Source: Octopus sinensis (taxonomy: Eukaryota). From it: a DNA stretch of 64,000 bases. The translations under genes were made by a program, and so were the position numbers. The stretch spans positions 37,882,001-37,946,000 of the forward strand of contig NC_043014.1 in the NCBI RefSeq assembly GCF_006345805.1, given 5' to 3'. The notes under the pieces are model-generated. The model did not search any database and had not been told where the DNA came from. It saw only the letters and a program-made list of their open reading frames with translations. Positions 40,368 through 51,612 of the stretch are shown piece by piece. Numbering within the stretch: position 1 is the stretch's first letter; each line of letters opens with the position of its first letter.

Positions 40368-40657
40368 TTGTCGCGAGAATTAAGATTTCCTTCACAAATA
40401 CTTATACTTTTTCCAGCGTCCACTGTCGCTGATATTGAAAAAGTGAAATCAAACAATGATAATATATCAAAGTGAGTTATATACAGTAGCGGTAACACAT
40501 CGTGACGTATATTTGTCATCTCAATATGGCTACCCCTAGGGTGGATGCTACTGTAGTTTTTAGCCCCAGGAGGACACACTCCTCCAGCTGGCCATAGACA
40601 CACTTTCTGTGTCCTGTCAGTATTTGCAAAGGGAAGTCATCCTTCCCGTCTTCAACT

Positions 40658-40718
40658 TATGATACACACGGACTCGATTTTCGAGGTATTGACCTCTCGT
40701 CAGCGTGTGGCAATCATA
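40658..40718 (-). ncRNA. Type I hammerhead ribozyme, monomer 3
   Basis: Core intact, stem II GAGG/CCUC; position 15.2 reads A instead of C (GAAAA-UCGA-GUC). Confidence 0.8.
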
Positions 40719-41010
40719 GTTGTCGCCGAGAATTAGATTTCCTTCACAAATACTTATACTTTTTCCAGCGTCCACTGTCGCTGATATTGAAAAAGTGAAA
40801 TCAAACAATGATAAATATCAAAGTGATTATATACAGTAGCGGTAACACATCGTGACGATATTTGCCATCTCAATAGGCTATACCCCTAAGGGTGGATGCT
40901 ACTGTAGTTTTTAGCCCCAGGAGGACACACTCCTCCAGCCATGGCCATAGACACACTTTCTGTGTCCTGTCAGTATTTGCAAAGGGAAGTCATCCTTCCC
41001 GTCTTCAACT

Positions 41011-41070
41011 TATGATACCACACGACTCGGTTTCGAGGTATTGACTTCTCGTCAGCGTGTGACAATCATA
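41011..41070 (-). ncRNA. Type I hammerhead ribozyme, monomer 4 (small indels)
   Basis: Core CUGACGA...GAAAC intact; 1-nt indels in loop III and stem I, possibly sequencing errors. Confidence 0.75.
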
Positions 41071-41357
41071 GTTGTCGGCGAGAATTAGATTTCCTTCACA
41101 ATACTTATACTTTTTCCAGCGTCCACTGTCGCTGATATTGAAAAGTGAAATCAAACAATGATAAATATCAAAGTGAGTTATATACAGTAGCGGTAACACA
41201 TCGTGACGTATATTTGTCATCTCAATATGGCTACCCCTAAGGGTGGATGCTACTGTAGTTTTTAGCCCCAGAGGACACACTCCTCCAGCTGGCCATAGAC
41301 ACACTTTCTGTGTCTGTCAGTATTTGCAAAGGGAAGTCATCCTTCCCGTCTTCAACT

Positions 41358-41415
41358 TATGATACACACGGACTCGAGTTTCGAGGTATTGACCTCTCGT
41401 CAGCGTGGGCACATA
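41358..41415 (-). ncRNA. Type I hammerhead ribozyme, monomer 5
   Basis: Revcomp CCCACG-CUGACGA-GAGG-UCAAUA-CCUC-GAAAC-UCGA-GUC-CGUGUG. Confidence 0.85.
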
Positions 41416-41545
41416 GTTTCGCCGAGAATTAGATTTCCTTCACAAATACTTATACTTTTTCCAGCGTCCACTTTTTCAATATCAGCGACAGTGGACGCTG
41501 GAAAAGTATAAGTATTTGTGAAGGAAATCTAATTCTCGGCGACAC

Positions 41546-41606
41546 TATGATTGCCACACGCTGACGAGAGGTCAATACCTCGAAACTCGAGTCCGTGTGT
41601 ATCATA
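41546..41606 (+). ncRNA. Type I hammerhead ribozyme, canonical (inverted monomer 6)
   Basis: Stem I UAUGAU/AUCAUA + CACACG/CGUGUG with internal loop; core CUGACGA; stem II GAGG/CCUC, loop UCAAUA; GAAA; stem III AC/GU with palindromic UCGA loop; GUC cleavage after 41593. Confidence 0.93.
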
Positions 41607-41837
41607 AGTTGAAGACGGGAAGGATGACTTCCCTTGCAAATTGACAACACAGATAGTGTGTCTATGGCCAGCTGGATGAGTGTGTCCTCCTGGGGCTAAA
41701 AACTACAGTAGCATCCACCCTTAGGGTTAGCCATATGAAATGGCAAAAATACGTCACGATGTGTTACTGCTACTGTATATAACTCACTTTGATATTTGTC
41801 ATTGGTTATATTATTATATATATATCTATATATATAT

Positions 41838-42820
41838 ATCTCAAGATTAATCAGCCGAAATTGCGAAGATGATCTGGTTCTTGACTGATGACTGAGAGCT
41901 TCGAAAGTCCCGTCTGTGTTGTTTTTTTGTCGTCTTCAAAATGTTTCACGTTCTTGTCCCAGTTTGTGTTTTTTTAACGTTTACATATATACACGGCGGC
42001 TACGTACCCTACCTTTTGACCCTATACTGTAAGTATATTACTCTCTAACCTTGGTACGACTCGACTACACTGTCTCTCTTTTTCCCCCCCCTCTCCTACT
42101 TTTCTCTGCCTTCACCTTTGCACTCCCCTTGTTCTATCTCTTTCCCTCTTTTTCTTTCTTCTTCTCCTCCTCTTGTTCTTCCTCTCTTCTTCCCTCTCTC
42201 TCTCTCCTCTTCCTCCGTCCCTCCTCTCCCACATTTCTCTGCCTCTCAGACCTTATACCCCACTTGACCTGTCCCTTTCCCTCTCTTGCTTTCTCTCTTC
42301 ATCTGTCCCTTTCTCCCTTTTGTGCTCACGTGACCAGCTAGCTACTACTGCTGCCTTTTCGCATCAAGTAGTTGGTGTGACCACACGTAATTGTTTGTGC
42401 TCCGTTTGCCTCCTTCAGGCACTTGTTCCACAAGCCAGCCTATACTCAACTCGTCCTGTCGAAAGACGCTTGTCCTGACGTCCTGGTTTTGTTTATTATT
42501 GTTTTTACGTTATTTTGTATTCTTATCCGTGCTATCGTTATTGTTTTTACGTAGTTTTGAATTTTTTTCGAGTGGCATCGTCCGTTTTTCCGTCACTGTG
42601 TGTGTATACTTTTTCGATTTTTCTTCCAGGAATCTAATGCGACTGGCTTAGATTTCCCTTGGCGGGCTGCCCCATTGGAGCAATCTCAAGATTAATCAGC
42701 CGAAATTGCGAAGATGATCTGGTTCTTGACTGATGACTGAGAGCTTCGAAAGTCCGTGTTGTTTTTTTGTGTCGTCTTCAAAATGTTTCACGTTCTTGTC
42801 CCAGTTTGTGTTTTTTTAAC

Positions 42821-42830
<10 letters not shown>
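41838..42830. mobile_element. Direct-repeat-bounded non-coding element (150-bp repeats, period 845 bp) in (TA)n; pLTR-like
   Basis: ATCTCAAGATTAATCAGCCGAAATTGCG...GTTTACATAT at 41838-41990 and 42683-42830; related solo ends at 4660-4775, 10790-10900, 37635-37830, 49714-49830. Confidence 0.75.
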
Positions 42831-42896
<66 letters not shown>

Positions 42897-43849
42897 GCAT
42901 ATGCAATATATATATTTATATATGTTGTGTGTGTATGTGTGTGTATGTGTACAATGACCTACAATAACGTTTTAGGCAGAGTTATAAAAGGCAATGTTAA
43001 TTAACTTCTAATAATTTCATGATAAAATATCAACATGAATGGAAAATTGTCTCATTCTTTTATGGGGCTTTCTGTACCTAATATCATGGCTTTGAACCAA
43101 TTTGGCTCGGATTTGATTGAATTATTGATGACCGATTAATCATTGTTCTTCCACTCTTCGGTCAATGTTTCATTTAGCTCCATAATTGATATAATTTTCA
43201 ACGACTGTGTTTGTAAACTTCTAGCGAACATATTCCCGCATGTCTGCTAATGGATTAAGACCATGTTTTTTGTGCAACCCATTTCAGTTGCACAAAAACG
43301 CCTAGCAGCCAGAAGTGGTGAACGTGCTCAGCAGGAACACTTCTGGGACTTGCCTTGAAACAAGGTTTGGATACTGCATTTAATGCCTACTTTCTAAGCC
43401 TTAATTCTTTAATTCTATGTGTGTGTGTGTGTTTCTTCCAGACCACCACTAGACAACCTGATCCACAAAAAAAAAAAGACCGATAGAATAAGTACCAGAC
43501 TTTAAAAAAGTTCTGGTCGAATTTGACTAAACCCTTTACGGCGTCAGTGTTTCAAGTTGAAACACTGACGACCATTAACTTGATAGTTTTCAACTCAGAG
43601 GAGGCGGTAGTGACAGCAGTAGCAATGGTATAGAGGTGGTGGTCGTGGTGGTGGAATTACAGTGCACCTACTCCCCATGAAGGATTAACAAGGTAATGTC
43701 TTAGTGAGTGTAATTGTAAAGTGATGCAGATAAATCTGGTAATTCGTGCTTGGCGTTGAAGTGTTCATCGAAGGCCAACCTCGCTATCAGCACGTCAGTT
43801 GCAAAGCCTTTCCTAAGCGACTCTTCTCGCTTTCTTACTAAATCGTCCT

Positions 43850-44185
43850 CTGATCTATTTCAGTCAGACAGCAAATGCAAAATCTGCAGGAAAAGAAACG
43901 AAAGCAGTAATTGTCTCTTCAGTGAATGTAGGACTCAAGCACAAAAAGAGTATAAATGCGAAGATGACTGTGTAAAAGTGCATTCGAGTGTTAACCGAAT
44001 GTGTGGTTTCGAAATAACAGGAAAGTGGCATGAATACGAGCGACAGGCTGTGACAGAGAATAAGAATTACAGGATCGTATGGGTCTTCTCCAAGAGGACT
44101 GACCGAAGAGACTATTGAAGTAAGAAGACCAGGTATGACTACAGACAACAAAATAGACAGTGTAAGAACATAGACTTTGCAATTC
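43850..44185 (+). pseudogene. RLE-type LINE CCHC/endonuclease fragment
   Basis: KCKICRKRNES..LFSEC..AQKEYK...CGFEITGKWHEY..VTENKNYRIVWVFS..TDR..RRP. Confidence 0.7.
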
Positions 44186-45187
44186 CCTATAACAACAGAG
44201 TCAACACCAATGAAATTGAAATAAATTGAAAAATATCCGGATCCAAACAGAGCTGAAGAAACTGAGGACGACGACAACAACAACAACAACAACAGCGATG
44301 ACAATAACAGCAACAATATTAGCAATAATAATCTTTACTACTGTGGGCACATAGGCTGAAATTTTGAGGACTCAACTATTACTTATTTTATCGATCCCGA
44401 AAGGATGAAAGGCAAAGTCGACCTCGGCGGAATTTGAATTCAGAACGTAAAGAAAGACAAAGTAGAAACATAGAAGATGGAGGTTTACACATAAAAAGGA
44501 GTAACAAGTAAAGACTAAGAAAACGAAAATAAAATCTGAAATAAAAAGTGAAAACAAAATATCACAGAAAAAGTAAGGCATTTCTTTTTAGACAGGGACG
44601 GCGAATGATATCGAACCTTTTGCTTTTGTCTATATGTAAGCATTTAGATATGTAAATAAACAGATCAATATACAGACGGATAGGCGAGCTGGCAGAAACG
44701 TTAGCACGCCGGGCGAAATGCTTAGCGGTATTTCGTCTGCGTTACGTTGTGAGTTCAAATTCCGCCGAGGTCGACTTTGCCTTTCATCCTTTCGGGGTCG
44801 ATAAATTAAGTACCAGTTACGCACTGGGGTCGATGTAATCAACTTAATACCTATGTCTGTCCTTGTTTGTCCCCTCTGTGTTTAGCCCCTTGTGGGTAAT
44901 AAAGAAATAGGTACATAGACTATATGAACAGACACATATGGAGACACGGATCCACACATGTAAAGATACACATCCATACATACAAACATGGTACATAGTT
45001 ACATAACACACACACACAGACAAACATGCACACATAAGGAGACAGAGGTGCATACATATACAAACACATGCTCACACAACACACACATAGAAAATACACA
45101 AACACGGACAGGCAAGCGCATAAATATTCAGGATACGTACATGCAGATGCACACACATACATACATACATATGCATACACACACAAA

Positions 45188-45241
<54 letters not shown>

Positions 45242-45371
45242 TATATACATACACATGCAAACACACAAAAATATACGTACATGCATGCATGTATAGGCAC
45301 ACACAATACTGACCCATTGATCCACACGCATGCGCACAAACAAACAAAAGGGAACACAGTGTAAATAACGG

Positions 45372-45512
45372 ACAGAGTCAAGACTATTGAAAAGGTTGCA
45401 AGACGCAACGAAAATTTTAGGAAAATAAAAATAAGAAATAAGTGGAAATTTTACCGGTGAGTGTGTTAAATAATAAGGCACTAAAAGAGAATGACTCTCC
45501 CCTGACACAACA
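45372..45512 (+). mobile_element. Penelope-like 3' UTR fragment, same family as 19110-19250
   Basis: AGAGTCAAGACTATTGAAAAGG...GAATGACTCTCCCCTGACACAAC shared between loci. Confidence 0.75.
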
Positions 45513-45767
45513 GAATATGTGATATTTATTTTTCATATTGGTAGAAATAGCTTTTCTATTACTAGGTTTACAAAAGGCCAATCACAGGCTCACAACATTT
45601 ATGAAGGCAACAGTGATAAGGGAGTTATCTAGATAATTAGGTCGGAACGAATAGCACAAGATATTTTAGTACATGCCAGGTTTCTTAGCAATTTTCTCGC
45701 TGGTGTATATATCTTTCTCACACAAACATGCATATATACAACTCTGCATACATAGATGCATGTAAAC

Positions 45768-45806
<39 letters not shown>

Positions 45807-45945
45807 ATATATACATATACATATACATACACATGCAAAATACATATAGGAATTGAATGAAATAATAAAAACATTTTTATTTAATTACATTTTTTATTAA
45901 CAATATGACGAATTCAAAACTGTTTTGGTCTTTATATATGTATTC

Positions 45946-46344
45946 ACTAGCAGTATCGCCCGGCGTTGCTCGGGTTTGTAAGGGAAATAACTATATAAGC
46001 ATTTTTAGAGAGTTATAGCCAAAAAGTAGCAAAAAAATGCATTAAAAATGGAAAACAAATGATGGTAAATTTTTTTTTAAATCGTTGACTCATCGTAGAT
46101 ATTTTTAGAGAGTTATTTCCCTTATATAATAGCGAAAAAATGCATTAAAATGGAAAAAAATGATGGTAATTTTTTTTTAAATAGTAGACTCATCGTAGAC
46201 GTGCGCTAATACCCAGAAGGGCTCGATATGAATCACAACTATAAGATACCCGGTTTTGGTTAAACTGCACCGCAAAATGTGGGAGTAGTTAGGAACCTAA
46301 ATCGTAGGAGACAGACACACAACCTTACTTTTATATATAAAGAT
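45946..46344 (+). mobile_element. Non-autonomous Helitron/Helentron-like element, second copy
   Basis: Same 5' end as 20133; 3' TTTTATATATAAAGAT; internal ~110-bp duplication. Confidence 0.65.
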
Positions 46345-46659
46345 ATGCTTATGTATGTATTCGTATGCATTATATATGCCTTGCACTTCACGATACAGCC
46401 TTCTGTTTTCTTTTCTTTTCTTTTTTTCCCCATATTCTTATCTAAATAAGTTAAAATGCGTGACCTGTCTGACTTATAAAGAGGACACATTGTTGGAGCG
46501 TAGATGGCTGGAGTTTCAGTTATTAAAACTGATGAATTTTTTAATGTTCTGAGAGATACGGTCACTAAAAACATGTTGGCATTCCAAAAGCAAGGTAAAA
46601 TCAGCTCTGCAAAGCATAAATTTGAACTGAAGGAAAGCTCACGCAACGGAGAATACAGA

Positions 46660-46990
46660 ATAGTGAAATGTGCTGCTGGAAGACACTATGTCTGGCAACA
46701 GGGCTCTGCACCATGCCACACAAGCAGAAGAACCCAGTCATGGCTGTCAAACAATTTCTGCTACCACATCACCCCTAACATCTGGCTACCTAACTCCCCA
46801 GACTGCAACCCACTTGATTATTATGTGTGGGGTGCAGTTGAACGAAAGAACAACAAAACTTGTAATACCAAAGAAGAATTGAAGGCAAGGATTGCGGCAT
46901 CATTCACCAACTTAAACAAGGAGGTCGTCCAGAAGAGTTGCAGGAGATTCCGAAGTCGTCTGGAGGCCATGGTTGAAGGACACTTTTGGT
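46660..46990 (+). pseudogene. maT/Tc1-like transposase C-terminal fragment
   Basis: YVWQQGSAPCHTSRRTQSWL...WLPNSPDCNPLDYYVWGAVER...CRRFRSRLEAMVE. Confidence 0.9.
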
Positions 46991-47759
46991 CATATAAATC
47001 TATGTGTCCCTAAAATGATTGGTCAGTTTTTGATCATAAATTCGCTTTCACCCATTTGCAACACTAACATCAACAATGTGCAATAAATATCTATCATTTT
47101 TTTCTACTATAATCACAATGTCTAAAATTTTGCAGGGCGATTACATCGGCCCCAGTGCTTAACTGGTACTTATTTTATCAACCCCAAAAGGATAAAAAGG
47201 CAAGTCGACATCGGCGGTATTTGAACTCAGAACGTGAAGCCGGTAAAATGCCGCTAAGTATTTTTTCTGGTGTACTGATGATTCTGCCAGCTAGCCGCCA
47301 TAATGTACTATAAAATATTGATTTCACACTTTGGTACGAGGCCAGCAATTTAGGGGGAGGTGGTAAGTTTATTACGTCTACCCCAGTGTTCAAGTATTCA
47401 ACTGGTCCTTAATTTATTGCCCTCGAAAGGATTAAAGACAAAGTCGATCCCACCGAAATTTGAACTCAGAACGTAGAAGCCATGGAAATGCCTATTTCTT
47501 TACGACCCACAACGGGCTAAACACAGAAAGGACAAACAAGGACAGACAAACGGATTAAGTCGATTACATCGACCCCAGTGCGTAACTGGTACTTAATTTA
47601 TCGACCCCGAAAGGATGAAAGAGCAAAGTCGACCTCGGCGGAATTTGAACTCAGAACGTTACGGCAAACGAAATACAGCTACGCATTTCGCCCGGCGTGC
47701 TAACGTTTCTTCTACCAGCTTGATTCCCAAATAAATTTGGTGGGTGGGGTACAAAGCCA

Positions 47760-47900
47760 GCAAAGCATTTTGTCTGGTGTGCTGACGATAATAAAGTGCT
47801 ATAAAGATTGCTATGATCTTCATAGTTTTGATATACTCCCGCGCCGCTACATCGTTCCTTAAAATCTCTTTCTGGAATACCTGCATAAAATACCATAAAA
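47760..47900 (-). pseudogene. Possible degenerate Penelope GIY-YIG fragment
   Basis: FYAGIPERDFKERC...STLLSS resembles Y.G.TE..FK.R...ST.LS. Confidence 0.35.
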
Positions 47901-48581
47901 TATTTCGTTTGCAGCTGTTAAAAGTCTTCCCGCTCGTACAGAAATAAATCTTAGCTTTCAGTTATATCTGCCTGCTATAAGAAAAACAGGTCAGTGCAAT
48001 TTACAGTTTAAGCATTTGTTTCCGCAACAATCAGGTTGGTGCGTAAGTAACTGTGGTTCTTAGCCATCGGCTTTAAAGCAAAATGTATCTCAACTCGGAT
48101 TACATTTTCCTAATTGAAAACAGATTTAGTAACATCAGAGCACCAACAGCAGAACCCTACGCAGCAGTCAGTGGCGTTGGCGTTGGCGGTGGAGTTGGCG
48201 GCAATAACAACTCAACCGAAAAATACATACAATATGCAGGAATATAAAATCCAACGCGCTTGGTAGCTGAGTGGATAGGTGGGTCTGACGTTTAAGCACT
48301 GGGGAACGTCTAGTCTGCAGTAATTTAGAAAGAACCAGTTGCTTGCTAATATAGTTATTGCATTATTTTATGTTTGTTGTAGCAATTTGTGTTGTTGGTT
48401 ATAGGTTTCCAATGGATCAATCAACAGTTCGATGTATTTCTGAAGTTGAGAATGACAGGGGAGTGCTTTTAAGCTCTGTGAACTTAGCTCGAAGAATATA
48501 GGTGTTTCGTGAATTTACATACATACATACATACATCATACCTACATACATACATACATACATACATACATGCATGCATGC

Positions 48582-48642
<61 letters not shown>

Positions 48643-49510
48643 TATATATGATGGAGTGGATCTTACAGGCATGAAGGTGATTCGATCCACCATAGCCAAA
48701 TTTCAGTAATAGTTCAACAGAACTTTTCTCACGGTGGAACAATAGTTTTTTTTCTGTAACAGCAGCTTTACATTTGCCAGATTCCTTTAGCTAGTCCGAA
48801 ATAATGTCTTCACCACTTGACCCTTATAGACCACCAAAAGCTAGAATTAAGATTGCAAGTACCACCAACTAAATCCATTGTTCTTAACGATATGTCTATC
48901 CTCTCGGATAGTTATAAAAACAAGAACCCCCAAGCAAAAATCAGTTAGTCACTTGGTGACAACTCAGTCAGTTGCCGACAACTCAGTTAGTGAGAACGGA
49001 TTCTGGCTGACAGGCTAAACAAAAGCCGTCGCAAAAAGAAAAGGGCAAAGAGAACAATTATGGTATCTCGCCATTCTAAACAGTTGTTTCGTTCCACAAT
49101 CTCTCACTTTCGCTGACTCACTTTCTCTTCTCTGCACATTACCATATCTCTCTCTATGGTTTATTACTACAATAAGAACACACAGGCTGAAATTAACTTG
49201 TTTTTACTTTGCATGCTTTTGGATTTTTATCACCTGCCCGTCGAGGCAAGGTGTGATATATAATGTAATGGTAAAATAAACATTTTCTTCACAACTTCAA
49301 TCACTGTTCTTTAATCTTTGCATAATGGCAATCAACGAAGATCCAATCCTTACAAGCAGATTACATCCATCCTGCTGTGTATCAACTATCGTTTTCTATA
49401 TTATCGTTTATCATATTATTGTTTACACAAGATTAATCTTATCGTTACAATTTAATTTCTGCCGTTACACATTTCAAGGCATCGCTTACAATTGGTGACT
49501 CCACTGTTAC

Positions 49511-49550
<40 letters not shown>

Positions 49551-49555
49551 ACACG

Positions 49556-49622
<67 letters not shown>

Positions 49623-49826
49623 TTATAAAATACAAAAACGGGAAAAGAGCACAAAACATCCAGACAGTTAGGTGAAACAAAAAAAGGAAAACAAAATATC
49701 CAGATAGAAAACAGCGAATGATCCGTCCTGTTTTCCTTGTATCGTCTGTCTGGATATCTTGCGTTTTTGTCCCATATTTGTATTTTTTATATGTAAAATA
49801 TAGCGGCGTACGTGTACGTACACTTT

Positions 49827-49919
<93 letters not shown>

Positions 49920-50710
49920 TTACGTGATTTCCACTAGTTACAATGCTAATCTGCGATACAGTTGATAGGCTGCTCTATATTTATTCATCGAATTGTATGA
50001 GCATATGAAAGTAAGTGCTATATGTGCATTAGTACAAAATGGTCTTCATTTAGGCCTTAGAAAGAAACCATACTACACATTCCAACAAGCAGTGATAAAT
50101 CGTATGGAATTCAGTGTGAATACGTTGCAACGTCTCTAAACGTTCTGTCTGTCTCTGTTTACTGTTTCTTATAGCTGTACAATGTTTAAAAACACAATAC
50201 ATATTAGAGAAAAATGAAAATCATCCCAACGGGAAGGCTCATTTCGGCCTCTTTGGACTTGATCAATGGCATTTACTCGCAGCCAGTAAAACATGCTTAG
50301 GCAAGATTTGTTGCTTTCGATGTGTAGGAAACAATGAGTAAAACATTCACTGGTACTGCGAATAGTCGCCCGGTTGAATAAGAATCCATTATATGTAGTA
50401 AGAGCAGTATTAAATTATGCATGGAATGCCAAAGCAAAGTGAAATGTGAAATATGTATCACAACTGGCATGTTAAATTTGACCTCGACGATTCCAGGACA
50501 AATGTACACATTCAATTGCAAAGAAAGAAAAATATGTAGTTTACAGCAGCAATAATGGCTGCGTGGTAAGAAGCTTGTTTTCCAACCACATGGTTCCAGG
50601 TTTAGTCCCAAAGGGTGGTACCTTTGGAAAATGTCTTCCGCTATAGTTCGGGTCGACTAAAGCCTTGCTTGTGGGTGAATTTGGTACATGGAAAACAGAA
50701 AGAAACCTGT

Positions 50711-50747
<37 letters not shown>

Positions 50748-50991
50748 CAGGCATTAGACTGTGGCCATGCTGGGGATACCGCATTGAACCTTTTTTTTAG
50801 TCGAATGAATCGATCACAGTACTTGTCTTTTGTTAAGCCTGGTACCTATTCTATCGGTCTTTTAGCCGAACCACTAAGTTACGGGGACGTAAACATACCA
50901 GCACTGGTTGTCAAGCGGTGGTGGGGAACAAAAACCGACACTGACACGCACAGACACACTCATACACACACACATACATCCACACGCACAC

Positions 50992-51031
<40 letters not shown>

Positions 51032-51238
51032 ACTCACACACTCACACATTTACACACGCGTATATACGACAGAATTTTTTCCATATCCGTCTACCGTATC
51101 CACTCACAAGGCTTTGGTTGGCCCGAAGCCATAGTAGAAGACACCTTTCCAAGGTGTCACAGGTTGGGACTGAACCCAGAACCATGTGGTTGTGAAGCAA
51201 GCTTTTTACCACTCATCCACTCGCATGTGTGTGCGTGC

Positions 51239-51297
<59 letters not shown>

Positions 51298-51570
51298 GTC
51301 TTTGTGTTCGTGTTTGTCCCCACCACCGTTTGACAACTGGTATTGTGCTTACATCCCCGTAACTTAGCGGTTTGGCGAGAGAGACTGACAGAATAAGTAC
51401 CAGGCTTACAAAAAAATCTGTACTGGGGTCGATTCGATCGACTAAAATCTCTTCGAAGGCGAATCCCCAGCATGGCCGCAGTCTAGTGACTGAAACAAGG
51501 GGTAGGAGATGAAAGATAGGCACTGCAAACAATGTGAAAACTTAGAGGAGAGTAAGCGTATGTTCCCATA

Positions 51571-51612
<42 letters not shown>

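Larger units (their letters stand above)
39747..41805 (-). mobile_element. Retrozyme-like array: 5 tandem ~351-bp monomers (HHR on - strand) plus 1 inverted monomer (HHR on + strand), embedded in (TA)n
   Basis: Marker CAAAGTGA recurs at 39761, 40113, 40468, 40819, 41169; inverted copy 41472-41805; each unit has a type I hammerhead; TA runs on both flanks; no consistent ORF. Confidence 0.85.

Noticed and set aside
39506-41650. ORFs within the 351-bp monomers
   Set aside because: Frames break differently in each copy, and no domain motif is recognisable
39747-41805. Array as a CRISPR, a plain satellite, or a pure long-read artefact
   Set aside because: There are no spacers and the DNA is eukaryotic. 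Each unit has a full ribozyme, and linked substitutions alternate between units, which repeated passes of one molecule would not give. The indels are probably errors, so copy number still needs checking.
41878-41915. CUGAUGA…GAAA as a canonical hammerhead
   Set aside because: Stem II does not pair, and related copies read CUGAGA or GAAU; kept only as a low-certainty lead
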